A stretch of 64,000 bases of DNA from an uncultured Actinomycetes bacterium (GCA_963773175.1 CAVZAC010000006.1:2999-66998); one strand, 5' to 3'; counted from the first letter of the stretch, positions 28,697 through 42,288 are shown. The notes: generated by a model not told the origin, from the sequence alone. Numbers and translations are program-made.

Positions 28697-29643
28697 CTAG
28701 AGCTCGATCTGCGGCAGGTCGAGATCGTCCGGCCCGCTCCAGCGGCGGCCAGCGCGATCGCGAGATCCTGGATCGCCAGGCCCGTCGAGTCGAAGGCGGT
28801 GATCTCCGCAGCGTCGCGGCGGCCCACGGCCGATCCGGCGAGCACGGCGCCGAGATCGGTGACGTCCCTCGCGGGCGAGCGCGCCCTGCTCGACCGCGTG
28901 CACGAGCTCGCCGTTGTGGCTCGCCTGCGCCCAGTCGTCACAGAAGATGCGGCAGCGCATGAGCTCGGCGACGGCGATCTCGGCCTTGCCCGGCCCGTCG
29001 GCGCCCATCAGGCTCACGTGCTGGCCCGGCGCGCAGCGTTCCCTCCGGGAGCACGATCTCGTGGCCGGGCGTCACGGTCACGACCACGTCGGCGTCGAGC
29101 GCATCCTGCGAGCGATCGGCGCGACGTTCGCAGCCGAGCTCGGTCGCGGCGGCCTCGGCCCGCGCCGGGTCGACGTCGAAGATCGCGACGCTCGTGGCCT
29201 CGCGCAAGGAAGGTGCGCGCGGCCGCCCGGCCGTTGACGCCTGCGCCGATCACGGCCGCTGTCTTCGCAGTCGGCCCGACCGAGCGTCTCCGCGGCGAGC
29301 ACAGCGGCCGCGCCGGTGCGCAGCGCGGTGACGGCTGCCCGCGTCGAGCACGGCCACCGGCGCGCCGTTCGACGCGTCCGAGAGCAGCACGAGCCCCATC
29401 ACGGTCGGCAGCCCCTGCGCGGGGTTGCCCGGGAACGAGGTGACCCACTTGAGCAGCGCGTGGCCCGAGCCCGAGCGCGGGCATGGCCCGGAAGTCGCCG
29501 GCCGGGTACGCAGGCACGTAGACCTTCGGCGGCATCGTCCACTCGCCCCGCGCGTAGGCGACGAACGCCTCGCGGACGGCCTCGACCGCGCGCTCGGGCG
29601 ACACCGCCGCCTCGACCGCCTCGCCGGAGAAGACCGGGATCAC
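28697..29643 (-). CDS. ornithine cyclodeaminase/mu-crystallin family protein; about 7-8 frame breaks
   Basis: GTG 29643. Pieces are VIPVFSGEAVEAAVSPERAVEAVREAFVAYARGEWTMPPKVY..., ...PTAKTAAVIGAGVNGRAAARTFLA, VAIFDVDPARAEAAATELG, HVSLMGADGPGKAEI, EITAFDSTGLAIQDLAIAL and PDDLDLPQIEL*. They are distributed over all three frames. Confidence 0.65.
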
Positions 29644-29819
29644 GGGGCGAAGCCTAATTCGTCGCCGGCCCGCTCCCGCGGCGATCAAGGTTGCCTCAGG
29701 TCCACGGGGTCTGACCCCGCATGACCCGCGTCGTCGGTGTCGCGGCAGTCGTTCACGAGCGGGTTTGCGGCGCCGGGTCATGTCCGGTTCTTGACCACGG
29801 TCAGTGAAAGGACAGGGAG

Positions 29820-31198
<1,379 letters not shown>

Positions 31199-31218
<20 letters not shown>

Positions 31219-31558
31219 CCGTCTTCCTCGGAGGCTCGCGCTTCTTGAACATCTCGAGCATGCGGTCGGTGACCACGAAGCCGCCGACGACGTTCGCCGA
31301 GGCGAGCACGACCGCGACGAAGCCGATGATGAGCGTGTACGTGTCCGGGTGCGGGATCGTGAAGATCAGCATCGCGCCCACGATCACGATTCCGTGGATG
31401 GCGTTGGTGCCGGACATCAGCGGCGTGTGCAGCATGGTCGGCACCTTCGAGATCACCTCGAAGCCGAGGAAGATCGCCAGCACGAGGATGGTGAGCTCGA
31501 GGACGAGCAGCAGCGAATGGCCGAAGATCTCGGTCGTCAGGAGTAGGGAGGAGCTCAT
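31199..31558 (-). CDS. pntAB: NAD(P) transhydrogenase subunit alpha part 2 (membrane)
   Basis: Intact 119-aa hydrophobic ORF (LHTPLMSGTNAIHGIVIVGA). It lies between the pntAA-like and pntB genes. Confidence 0.8.
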
Positions 31559-31589
31559 ACGCGGCCGCGCCGAGCGGGCGGTTCGTTCC

Positions 31590-32673
31590 TCACGCCGCCA
31601 CCTGTTTGCGCGTGACGCAGGCGCCGGCGGTGATCTCGTCGTCCCAGTCGAGCGTCAGCTTGCCGTCGGGGGCGAGATGTGTCAGCAGGGCGAGGAGGTT
31701 GCGCGAGTAGAGCTGGCTCGCGTGGGAGGGCATCGAGCTCGGAAGGTTCACGAGCCCGACGATCGTCACGCCCTCGCGCTCCACGATCTCGCCCGGGGCT
31801 GTCAGCTCGCAGTTGCCGCCCGTCTCGGCGGCGAGGTCGACGATCACCGAGCCGGCCCGCATGGCCGTCACCGCGGCGGCCGGAATGAGCCGTGGCGCCG
31901 CCCGTCCGGGGACGGCGGCGGTCGTGATCACCACGTCGAACTGGCCGATCCGGCCCTCGAGCGCCGCCTGTTGGGCCAGCTGCTCTTCCGCCGTCAGCTC
32001 CTGCGCGTACCCGCCCTCCGTCTCGCCGCCGCCCACGCCGAGGTCGAGCCACGACGCGCCCAGGCTCTCGATCTGCTCCCGCACGACCGGGCGCACGTCG
32101 AAGCCGGTCACGACCGCGCCCAGCCGCCGGGCGGTCGCGATCGCCTGCAGGCCTGCGACACCCGCGCCCAGCACCAGCACCTTGGCGGGCGCGACGGTGC
32201 CCGGCGGCGGTCATCAGCATCGGGAAGAAGCGCGGCAGATGCTCGGCGCCGAGCAGCGCTGCCTTGTAGCCGGCCACCGTCGCCTGGGAGGAGAGCGCAT
32301 CCATCGACTGCGCGCGGGTGATCCGCGGGATCGACTCGACCGCGAAGGCGATCACGCCGCGCGCTGCCAGGCGCTCGATCCCCTCGTGATCCGTCAGCGG
32401 CTGGAGGTGGCCGATCAGGAGCGCGCCGTCGCGCAGCCGCTCGACCTCCGCGGCGGTCGGCTTCTGCACCTTCAGCACGGCGTCGGCACCCCAGGGGTCG
32501 CCGAGGGTCGCTCCCGCAGCCGTGTACTCGGCGTCCGGAAAGGAGGCCGCAGTCCCGGCACCGGGCTCGACGACGAGCTCGAATCCCGCGGCCGCCAGAC
32601 GCTTCACCGACTCGGGGACGAGGGCGACGCGGCGCTCCCCGGCCGCGGTCTCCTTGGTGACCCCGACGCGCAC
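31590..32673 (-). CDS. pntAA: NAD(P) transhydrogenase subunit alpha part 1 (alanine dehydrogenase-like); one frame break
   Basis: GTG 32673. VRVGVTKETAAGERRVALVPESV...SMDALSSQATVAGYKAALLGAEHLPRFFPMLMTAAG, then a +1 step at ~32195 into ORF 31590..32180 (VLVLGAGVAGLQAIATARRLGA...). Span is 3n+1. Confidence 0.85.
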
Positions 32674-32727
32674 GCGCCGAGTGTATTGCCTCTGTGCCCA
32701 ACCGGTGCCGGGTGCGGGCACTCCCGG

Positions 32728-33364
32728 TCACGCGATGTGGTCCGGCGGGGAGAACACCTTGCCGTTCTGCGAGGCCCGCTCGGTCACCTCGCGCTCGATC
32801 GCGATCGTCTGCACCGCGCGTTCGAGCAGCTCGACGACACGGGACAGGCGCTCGCGCTCCGAGCGCGACTCGAGGAGCTCCTGCTTCACGTCGGCGCCGA
32901 GATCGATCCGGGCGGCGAGCTCGAACGAGAGCATCGGCGACCCGGCCTCGGGAGGCTCGACCTCGGCGCCTGCGTGCTCGGCGAGCCGGCGGAAGACCTG
33001 GATCGCCGCGCTCGGCAGCGTCCGGGCTCCGCCGGGTCGTCCTCGTCGTCCACCGGCTCGATCTCGGCGGTGCGGAACGATCGGCCCTCCGTCCAGTCGA
33101 CGAGCCGGAACCGGCGCCTTCCGGCGACGACGACGTTCAGCCGGCCGTCCTCGAACCGGTGCACGACCTCCTCGACGTCCGCCAGCGTGCCGACGCTGCG
33201 TATGCCCGTCTCGTCCTCGTACAGCATCCCGAACTCGCCGCCGATCCGTCGATGCACTCGCCGATCAGCTCCCGGTAGCGCGGCTCGAAGATGTGCAGCG
33301 GCAGCTGCTCGGTCGGCAGGAGCACCATGCCGAGAGGGAAGACGCCGACTTCCAGCACGGGCAA
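32728..33364 (-). CDS. LON N-terminal (substrate-binding, PUA-like) domain protein; two frame breaks of the -1 type
   Basis: TTG 33364 with GGAGG upstream. [41 protein letters not shown] / [49 protein letters not shown]... / [17 protein letters not shown]...[13 protein letters not shown]... Confidence 0.6.
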
Positions 33365-33395
33365 AGCGTACGACCTCCGGCGCGCCGGATGTAGA

Positions 33396-34545
33396 GTGGC
33401 GCCCGTGCCCGTCCCGTTTGCGACGCTCGCCGAGAGCTTCTTCCGCCCGGCGCTCGCGGGCCTGGTGCCGTACGAGCCCGGCAAGCCCGTCGAGGAGGTG
33501 CAGCGCGAGCTGGGGCTCGAGCGCGTCGTCAAGCTGGCCTCCAACGAGGGCAGTCGACGGACCGTTCCCGGCGGCCCTGGAGGCGCTCGCGCGCGCCGCC
33601 TCGCGAGCTGAACCGCTATCCGGACGGCGGCTCGTACCGGCTGCGCGCGGCGCTCGCCGAGCGGCACGGAGTCCGGTACGAGGAGGTCATCGTCGGCGCC
33701 GGCTCCGATGCGCTCGTCGACGGCCTGTCGCAGGCCGTGCTCGAGCCCGGCGACGAGATCGTGTGCGGCTGGCCGTCCTTCCCCAGCTACGTGATCTACG
33801 CGGCCAAGATGGGCGATCACGGCCGCATCTGGTTCCGCTACGCGACGGCCGCTACGACCTCGATGCGATGCTCGACGCGATCGGGCCGCGCACGAAGATC
33901 GCGTACCTCTGCCACCCCAACAACCCGACCGGGACGGCGAACAGCGCGGGCCGAGGTCGACGCCTGGTTCGACCGCGTACCGGAGCATGTGCTGACTGTG
34001 CTCGACCAGGCGTACCTCGAGTACGTCGACGACCCGGACTACCCGGACGCGATCGAGGAGTACGCGAAGCGGGGCCGGCGGGCCGTCGTGCTGCGCACGT
34101 TCTCGAAGATCTACGGGCTCGCCGGTCTCCGCGTCGGGTACGCGGTCGGCCCGGCCGAGCTGATCGTCGCGCTCGGCAAGACACGGCGGGCCTTCGACCT
34201 GACGACGCCGGCGCAGGTCGCCGCGCTCGCGAGCCTCGACGGCGCCGTCGAGCTGGAGCGCCGGCGCCGCGCAGAACGCCGAGCGCCGGCCCGAGCTCGA
34301 AGCGCATCCTCCGCGCCCACGGCCTCGAGCCGCTCGGCCCGGCGGTGGCGAACTTCCTCTTCGTCGACGTCGGCGGCGACTCGCGCCCGCTGTTCGAGCG
34401 GCTGCTGCGGGAGGGCGTGATCGTCCGTCCGCTGGCCGGCTTCGGCGCGCCCGAGGCGCTGCGCGTCACCGTCGGCACGGGCGACGAGCACGAGTTCCTC
34501 GACGCTGCCCTCGCCCGCGTCGTCAGCGCCGCGCCGGCAGGCTGA
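33396..34545 (+). CDS. hisC: histidinol-phosphate aminotransferase; seven frame breaks
   Basis: Pieces in cycling frames 3-1-2-3-1-2-3-1: [29 protein letters not shown] / [15 protein letters not shown] / [23 protein letters not shown]...[16 protein letters not shown] / [36 protein letters not shown] / [13 protein letters not shown]...[17 protein letters not shown] (PLP Lys) / [10 protein letters not shown] / [20 protein letters not shown]... Span is 3n+1. Confidence 0.8.
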
Positions 34546-34609
34546 GCGAACCCGGGCACGGTTGACGGCGGCGCCTGGCGCGGCCGGACAGGCTGGTACG
34601 TTTTCACGC

Positions 34610-35859
34610 GTGACCCACCGGCCGCTCGGTAGGCAGCTGGCGCTCCTCCGGTCGGCGCCGAGCTTCCGGAGCCTGTTCCTCGCCACGCTGGCGTCGGGGA
34701 CGGGGACGTGGCTCGCCGTTCGTCGCCCTCCAGCTCGACGTCCAGCAGCTCACCGACTCGGGCTCCTGGATCAGCCTGCTGCTGATGGCCGAGATCCTGC
34801 CCGCCGTGCTGATCGGGCTGCTGCTCGGCTCGCTCGTCGACCGGCTCTCGCGACGAGGGCTGATGATCGGCGCCGACCTGCTGCGCTGCGCCGTGTTCTG
34901 CGCGCTGCCCTTCGCGCCGGGTGCGGCCGCGATCGTCGCTCTCGCGTTCGTCGCCGGCATCGGCACCGGCTTCTTCCGGCCCGCCGTCTACGCGGGGCTG
35001 CCGAACCTCGTCTCCGACGACGACCTGCCCGGACGCGAACTCGCTCCTGCAGGGGGTCGACAACCTCACGTGGGCCGTCGCGCCGCTCGCCGGCGGGCGT
35101 GCTCGTCGCCGCCACGAGCCCGGACGTCGCGTACTGGTTCAACGCCGTGACGTTCCTCGTCTCGGCGGCGCTGGTGGCGAGGATCCCGGCGCGGCTGCTG
35201 CAGGCGTCGGCGGCGGTCACGCACGGCCACTGGCGCGACCTCGGCGACGGCCTGCGGCTCGTCATGCGCTCGGCTGCGCTGCTGACCGTGCTGATCACCT
35301 GGAACGTCGTGATGCTCACGACCGCGGGGATCAACGTCGGCGAGGTCTTCCTCGCCAAGGACTCGCTGGGCGCCGGCGACGCCGGCTTCGGACTGCTCGT
35401 CGGCGCCGCCGGGATCGGGCTGACGCTCGGCAGCATGGCGGCGGCCGGCGCGCTCCGGCGCTGGAGGCTGCCGGAGCGTCTACGGCGTCCTCGATCGCCC
35501 TGCTCGCGCTGGGCACGGGCGCAGCGGCCGTGTCGCCGGGCATCTGGGCCGCAGCCGTCTGCGTTCTCGTGGCGGGCTGCGGCAACGGGGCCGCCGTCGT
35601 CTGCAACGCCTGCTCGTGCAGCGAGGCGCGCCCGACCACCTGCGCGGCCGCGCCTTCACGCTGCTGATGAGCTCGAACTACGTCGTGCTCGTGGCCGCGA
35701 TGATCGTCGCCGGCCGGCTCACCGACGTCGTCGGCGCCCGCTGGGTCTGGGGCGCGGCGGCGATCGCGGCCGGCGTGGCCTCCGTGCTCGGCTTCGCGCT
35801 CGCCCGCCGGGCCGTCGGGCACCGGCCCATGGAAGCGGCCGCTGCAGGCGCGCGCGTGA
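34610..35859 (+). CDS. MFS transporter; about 8 frame breaks
   Basis: Hydrophobic segments are recovered by cycling frames (LFLATLASGTGTWLA / ...AEILPAVLIGLLLGSLVDRLSRRGLMIG... / ...VLVAATSPDVAYWFNAVTFLVSAAL... / ...RGRAFTLLMSSNYVVLVAAMIVAG...). Span is 3n+2. The TGA 35857-35859 end overlaps the meaB GTG (GTGA). Confidence 0.6.
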
Positions 35860-36847
35860 CGCGCAAGGCATGGACGCAGGGAGGCGCTCGTCGAGGGGGT
35901 TCGCGGCGGCGACCGGCGGGCGCTCGCACGGGCGATCACGCTGGTCGAGAACTCCGACCCGCTCGCCTACGACATCGTCCGCGAGCTCTACCCGCATACC
36001 GGCAACGCGTACGCCGTCGGCGTCACCGGGCCGCCCGGCGTCGGCAAGTCGAGCCTGATCTCCGCGCTCGTCCGGCACGTGCGCGCCGCCGACCGGAGCG
36101 TCGGCGTCGTCTCGGTCGACCCGTCGAGCCCGTTCTCGAAGGGCGCGCTGCTCGGCGACCGGATCCGCCTGACCGACCACTTCCTCGATCCCGGCGTCTT
36201 CATCCGCTCGATGGGCACGCGCGGCCATCTCGGCGGGCTCGCCGAGGCGACGCTGCAGGCGCTGCTGCTCCTCGACGCGTCGGGCAAGGACCTCGTCTTC
36301 CTCGAGACCGTCGGCGCCGGGCAGGGCGAGGTCGAGGTGATCTCGATCGCCGACACCGTGCTGCTCGTGCTGATGCCGGGTTCGGGCGACTCGATCCAGG
36401 CGCTGAAGGCCGGGATCATGGAGATCCCCGACGTGATCGCGATCAACAAGCTGGATCACCCTGCGGCGAAGACGATGCTCAACGAGGTGCGCTCCGATAC
36501 TCGCGCTCGACCACGACAGCGCGTGGCGTCCGCCGATCGTGCTGACGGAGGCGACGCGCGGGGAGGGCGTGCCCGAGCTGTGGGAGAAGATCGAGGAGCA
36601 CCGCGCGCATCTCGAGTCGGGTGGGCTGCTCGAGGAACGTCGCCGCCGGAACCTCGCCGGCGAGGTGTTCGCCGTCGCCTCGGCGCGGGCGAAGCTGCAT
36701 CTGCAGCGGGCGGTGGCCGACGATCCCGAGCTGCGGCGGCTGCTCGACGAGGTGACGGCCGGCGAGCTCGACCCGCTGACCGCCGTTCGCGAGATCATGG
36801 AGAAGGTGTTCAAGGTTGACGACCCGTACAGCCCCGACCCAGGCTGA
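35856..36847 (+). CDS. meaB: methylmalonyl-CoA mutase-associated G3E GTPase MeaB/ArgK; two frame breaks
   Basis: EALVEGVRGGDRRALARAITLVEN, P-loop GVTGPPGVGKSSLISAL, FLETVGAGQGE, NKLD. Frames go 3 -> 1 (~35878) -> 2 (~36497, cgc tc[c] g ata ctc). Span is 3n+2. Confidence 0.8.
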
Positions 36848-37986
36848 GATCGGCGAGGCGCGCCGTCGCCTCGACGGCGTGGTGCGCGTGACCCCGGTCT
36901 ATTCGTCCGAGACCTTCTCGCGGCTGACCGGGCGCGGCGTGTACCTGAAGGCGGAGAACCTCCAGCGCACGGGGTCGTTCAAGGCGCGCGGCGCGGTCAG
37001 CAAGATCGCCACGCTGTCGGCACGGGAGCGCGCCGCCGGCGTCGTCGCGGCAAGCGCGGGCAACCACGGGCAGGCCGTGGCCTGGGCGGCGCGCGAGGCG
37101 GGCATCCAGGCCCGGATCTACGTGCCGCAGGACGCACCGATGTCGAAGGTCGAGGCCTGCAGGCACTACGGCGCGGAGACGATCATGGGCGGCGCGCATT
37201 TCGAGGATGCCCTCGCCGCGGCCCGGCTCGACGTGGACGAGACCGGGGCGACGTTCGTCCACCCGTACGAGGACCGCGCGATCATCGCCGGTCAGGGAAC
37301 GATCGGGCTCGAGCTGGCGGAGCAGGTGCCGGACGCGGGAACGGTGCTCATCCCGATCGGAGGCGGCGGGCTCGCAGCGGGGATCGCGCTCGCGTTGCGC
37401 TCGGTCCGCCCGCAGGTGCGGATCGTGGGCGTCCAGGCGGGGCGCGACGGCTACACGATCGCCGACGGCATCGCGGTCAAGCACCCCGGCGAGCTGACCG
37501 GCTCGATCCTCGCCGACGTCCTGGACGACATCGTGGCCGTCTCCGACGACGAGATCTGCGAGGCGATCGTGCTCCTGCTGGAGCGCGTCAAGTTCGTCGT
37601 CGAGGGCGCCGGGGCGGTGTCGGTCGCCGCGCTGCTCGCCGGCAAGGCCGGCGGTACCGGCCCCGCTGTGTGCGTGCTCTCGGGCGGGAACATCGACGCG
37701 ACGATGCTCATCTCCGTGATGCGCCACGGCCTCACCGCCGCCGGTCGCTATCTCGTCGTCCGCACGCATCTCGCCGACCGGCCCGGGCGAGCTGATCAAG
37801 CTGCTGTCGCTCGTGGCCGAGAAGCGCGGCAACCTCGTCTCCGTCGAGCATCACCGCGAGGGGATGGACATCCCGGTGAGCGCGACCGGGGTCGAGCTCA
37901 CGATGGTGACGCGCGACGAGGAGCACTGCCAGAGCCTGCTCGGCGCGATGGCGGAGAGCGGCTACGAGGTCGAGCGGCTGTCCTAG
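36816..37986 (+). CDS. ilvA: threonine ammonia-lyase (threonine dehydratase), short form with ACT-like C-terminus; one frame break
   Basis: TTG 36816. Contains VTPVYSSETFS...YLKAENLQRTGSFKARGA (PLP Lys) and GGGGLAAG. The +1 step at ~37786 gives ...ADRPGELIKLLSLVAEKRGNLVSVEHHREG...GYEVERLS*. Span is 3n+1. Confidence 0.8.
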
Positions 37987-38066
37987 CCGGGCAGTCCGGG
38001 TGCAACCGCTCGCGCCAACCGACAGGCAGCGGCGGGGGTGTGCAGCGGTCGGCCCGGCCTTCTCGG

Positions 38067-39414
38067 TCAGGTCGTGCCGCAGCGGCGGAACGAGACCGTC
38101 CCGTCGCCGACGCGGGCCCAGTCGTCCATGCCGCCGTCGAGTACGGGTCGCGCCTCGACGCCTTCGTGGGCGAGCACGCTGGCGGCGATCGCGGCCCGGG
38201 CGCCCGACTCGCAGATCGTCACCACCGGCTTGCCGCCGCGCAGGTCGGCGGCGAACTCGCGGGCGAGCCGGTACGGGATGTGCCTGCTCCCGGCGATGTA
38301 GCCCTCGTCGCGCTCGGCACGCTCGCGGACGTCGACGATCAGAACCTCGCCTGCGAGGTCCATCTCCGCCAGCTCGCCGACGCCGATCGGGACGAGCTGC
38401 TCGCTCTCGTCGGCTGCGGCCAGGAAGCCCCGGAGCTCGTCGCCGTAGCCGACCGAGCGCAGCCCGGCGGCCGCGCGCTCGGCCTCCTCCCGCGACGAGG
38501 CGTGGATCGCGAGCGGCTCGCCGGGCAGCAGCACGAAGCCGGCCCGCGTCGAGAACGACGAGCCGGAGACCGGGACGTTGATCGCGCCGGGCACGTGACC
38601 GGCCGCGAACGCCTGCGCCGGCCGGACGTCCAGCACCGTGGCGTCGTCTGCCCGCTCGAGCTCCTGGAGCTCCGGCGGCCGGCCGAGGAACGGCCCGCGG
38701 TTGAGCTCGACGATGCGCTCCATGTTCGGCGGACGCGGGAGGAGCGACGGCCGACTCGGCCACGAACTCCTCCACGTTCACGACCCGCAGCGCGGCGTTG
38801 AAGCGCCGCTCGAAGCCGATCGTCGAGGACGCCTTGGAGCTCATGCCCGCGCCGCAGAGCGAGCCGGAGACGTGGCCGGGGAAGACCTCGACGCCGTCCT
38901 CGAGCTCGAGCAGCCGCCGCAGGCTCGCGTAAGAGGCTGCGCGCGCCGTCCGTCGCCTTCGACGGCGAGATCCGGCCGGGCGACGTCGCCGACGAACAGC
39001 GAGTCGCCGGTCAGCACGAGCCACGGCTCGTCGGCGCGCGTGCGGTCGCTGACCGCGAAGCAGCAGTGCTCGGGCCGGTGTCCCGGCGTGTGGACCACCC
39101 GGATCGCCACGTCGCCGAGCACGCAGCTCGGCGCCGTCGACGAGCGGCTCGAACGGGAAGGCGGGCCGTGCCTCCGGGTGCACGTGCACGCGGGCACCGT
39201 GCTCCAGCGCGAGCCGGCCGTGGCCCGAGACGTGGTCGGCGTGCGTGTGCGTCTCGAGCACGTGGGCGATCCGCACGCCGCCGCGCTCGGCCTCCTCGAG
39301 GTACTGCTCGATCGCGTAGGCAGGGTCGACGATCGCCGCCTCGCCCGTGCGGTCGTCGCCGATCAGGTAGGAGGCGCAGCCGAGATCCTCGTTCACGAGC
39401 TGCTTGAAGAACAC
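38067..39414 (-). CDS. MBL-fold (persulfide dioxygenase-like) hydrolase fused to two rhodanese domains; three frame breaks
   Basis: GTG 39414. MFFKQLVNEDLGCASYLIGD...VLETHTHADHVSGHG, HTPGHRPEH, GDSLFVGDVARPDL, VFPGHVSGSLCGAG. Then ORF 38067..38723 carries rhodanese 1 (no active Cys) and rhodanese 2 (VVTICESGARAA). Breaks are at ~39125, ~38950 and ~38735. Confidence 0.7.
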
Positions 39415-39560
39415 GACCCGACGCTAGCACCCGGTTCGGCTTGCTTTCTTGAAGTCCCTGCACCACGGCGACGCCGGACCCCGGAAAGAGCACGATCGAA
39501 GTGCGGCAGCTCTCAGCAGCCGCTAGCGGCTGCGAGGGAAGGCGATCCCGCCGGAAATCG

Positions 39561-40734
39561 TCATGGCCCAGGCGTAGCCGGGGCCGGATTGCCGGCGGTT
39601 AAGCCGAGGTGCTTGGCGATCACCATGCGCTGCACGTCGTTCGTGCCCTCGCCGATCTCCAGGATCTTCTGGTCGCGATACAGGCGCGAGATCGCGATAC
39701 TCGTCCATGAAGCCGTACCCGCCGTGGATCTGCAGCGACTCGCTGGCGACCCGGTGTGCGAGCTCGCCCGTGTAGAGCTTCGCCATCGCGGCGGCCTGGG
39801 CGAAGTCGCGCCCCTGATCCTTGAGCCACGCGGCCCTGTAGACGAGCCCGCGGCCGGCCTCGATCTCCACCGCCATGTCGGCGAGGCGGAACTGCACCGC
39901 CTGGAACGTCGAGATCGGCCGGCCGAACTGCCTGCCGCTCCCGCGCATACGCCACAGCGAGGTCGTACGCGCCCTGCGCGAGCCCGAGGCCCATCGCGGC
40001 GACCGAGATCCGGCCGCCGTCGAGGATCTGCAGGAACTGCCTGAACCCCTCGCCGCGCCGGCCCGAGCAGGTGGTCCTCGGGGACGGCGACGTCGTGGAA
40101 GGACAGCTCGCGCGTGTCGGACGCGCGCCAGCCCAGCTTGTGCATCGGCGCCGAGATCTCGTAGCCCGGGGTGCCGTTCGGGATCACGAGGTTCGAGATC
40201 TCGTCCTCGCCCGTCCTCGCCGTGATCGATCACGCAGGCGGTGATGTCCGTGCCCGCGTTGGTGATGAAGATCTTCGAGCCGTTCACGATCCACCGGCCG
40301 TCGCGGAGCTCGGCCGTCGTGCGCGCCGCGCCCGCGTCGGAGCCGGCGTCGGGCTCGGTCAGCCCGAACGCGGCGAGCTTCCGCCCCGCGGCCAGCTCGG
40401 GCAGCCAGCGGCGCCTCTGCTCCTCGGTGCCGAACAGGTAGATCGGCAGCGTGCCGAGCGAGTGGTGCGCCGCGACCGTGATCGCAACCGACGAGTCGAT
40501 CCGCGTCAGCTCCTCGATCGCGATCGCGTACGAGAGCGTGTCGGTGCCGCCGCCGCCGTACTCCTCGGGGATCGTCATCCCCATCAGGCCGAGCTCGGCG
40601 AGCTCGGCGACGAGCTCGTACGGGAAGCGGCGCTCGCGATCGAGCTCCTCGGCGACCGGAGCGATCCGGTCGAGCGCGAACTCGCGCACGGTCTGGCGGA
40701 CGAGCTCGTGCTCGGGGGTCAGATCGAGGTTCAA
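39561..40734 (-). CDS. acyl-CoA dehydrogenase (isovaleryl/short-branched-chain type likely); four frame breaks
   Basis: TTG 40734. MNLDLTPEHELVRQTVREFA...GAFGLTEPDAGSDAG...ITNAGTDI / ITARTGEDEISNLVIPNGTPGYE... / MGLGLAQGAYDLAVAYARERQ / QFGRPISTFQAVQFRLADMA...LQIHGGYGFMDEY / ISRLYRDQKILEIGEGTNDVQRMVIAKHL. Span is 3n+1. Confidence 0.8.
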
Positions 40735-40747
40735 CGGACGGGCCGTC

Positions 40748-42235
40748 TCAAGCGTACGAGGAGGCGAGCGCGACGAGCAGCCGCACGCCGTACCCCGTCG
40801 CGCCGCGCTGCGTCAGGTAGTCGCCCCGCGAGCGGCGAGAGGAACGCCGGCCCGGCGATGTCCACGTGGGCCCAGGCCCCCTCGCCGGCGAACTCCCGCA
40901 GGAACTCGGCGGCGAGTGCGGGTCCGGCCTCGCGCAGGTCGGACGAGTTCTTCAGGTCGGCGAACGACGAGTCGACGTAACGCCGGTAGCGGGGGTGGAG
41001 CGGGAATCGCCAGGCGAGGTCGCCGCTCGCTTCCGCCGCGGCTCCGATCCGTGCGGCCCAGTCCTCGTCGTTGGCGAAGTAGCCGCTGTAGAGGTCGCCG
41101 AGCGCGACCACCATCGCGCCGGTCAGCGTCGCGAGGTCGATCGACGTGGGTCGCGCCCTCGCGCCGGGCGTACCACAGTGCGTCGGCGAGCACGAGCCGG
41201 CCCTCGGCGTCGGTGTTCGTGATCTCGATCGTCTTGCCGTTGGCGGCGGTGAGGATGTCGCCCGGGCGGTACGCGCTTCCGTCGGGCATGTTCTCCGCGG
41301 CGGCGATCACGGCCGTAACGCGCACGGGGAGGCCCAGCTCGGCGATCGCGCCCATCGCCTCGAGCACGGCGGCGCCGCCGGCCATGTCGCCCTTCATGTC
41401 CTCCATGTGCAGCGGCGGCTTGAGCGAGATGCCGCCCGTGTCGAAGGTGATCGCCTTGCCGACGAGGCCGAGCGTGACGTCCGCGTGCGTGGGCGCCGGA
41501 GGCTCGTAGCGGAGCACGATCATCCGCGGCTCGTTGCGGCTGCCCTGTCCGACGGCCGCGAACGCGCCCATCCCGAGCGCCGCCACCGCCTCCGGCCCGA
41601 GCGCCTCGGACGTCAGGTGCGGGGCGCCGGACGCGATCTCCTCTGCGCGCTCCGCCAGCCGGACGGGCGTCACCAGGTTCGGAGGGCTGTTGACGAGGTC
41701 GCGCGCGCGGTTCGTCCACTGCACGGCGACGAAGGCGCGCTCGGCAGGGGCGGCGAGCCCGGCGGGGCCGAGCAGGACGAGCCGCTCGACCGGTCTGCGC
41801 TCGGGCTCTCCCGTCTTCCAGCGTGCGGGCTCGTACGCTCCGAGCACGACACCGTCCACCGCGGCGCGGGCCTGGTCCTCCGGCGGGAGCTCGAACGACT
41901 CGTCGACGAGCCAGGCGAGCGTTCCGCCGAAGGCGCGCGCGGATCGCGTCGGCTGCCGCGGCGGCGGTGCGGAAGGCGTCGGGGCCGGCGGTGTCCGGAG
42001 CTCCCAGCCCGGCGATGGCGACCCGCCGCGCCGCGATTCCGCCGTCGACGTGGATGACTGCAGCGCTACCGAGCTTCCCGGTCAACTCGCCGTCGGCGAG
42101 CAGGCGTGTGAGCCGTCCGTCCAGGAGGTCGTCGAGCTCGGCGGCCGACCCTGTCAGGCCTCCCTCGAAGGTCGCGGCGGCGAGGAGGTCCGCGTCCACC
42201 TCGCCGGGCGCGGAATCAGCTACCTCGATCCGCAT
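40748..42235 (-). CDS. pepA: leucyl aminopeptidase (M17); three frame breaks
   Basis: ATG 42235. The core is in ORF 40813..41859 (VGKAITFDTGGISLKP, MKGDMAGGAAV, NTDAEGRLVLADAL). The tail is ATLTGAMVVALGDLY... and ...RGDYLTQRGATGYGVRLLVALASSYA*. Span is 3n with three +1 steps (~41945, ~41150, ~40830). Confidence 0.85.
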
Positions 42236-42288
42236 CGCGGGGCGATGCTACCCGAGTCCCAATCCGCCCGCTCGGTCGGCGTGTCGCC

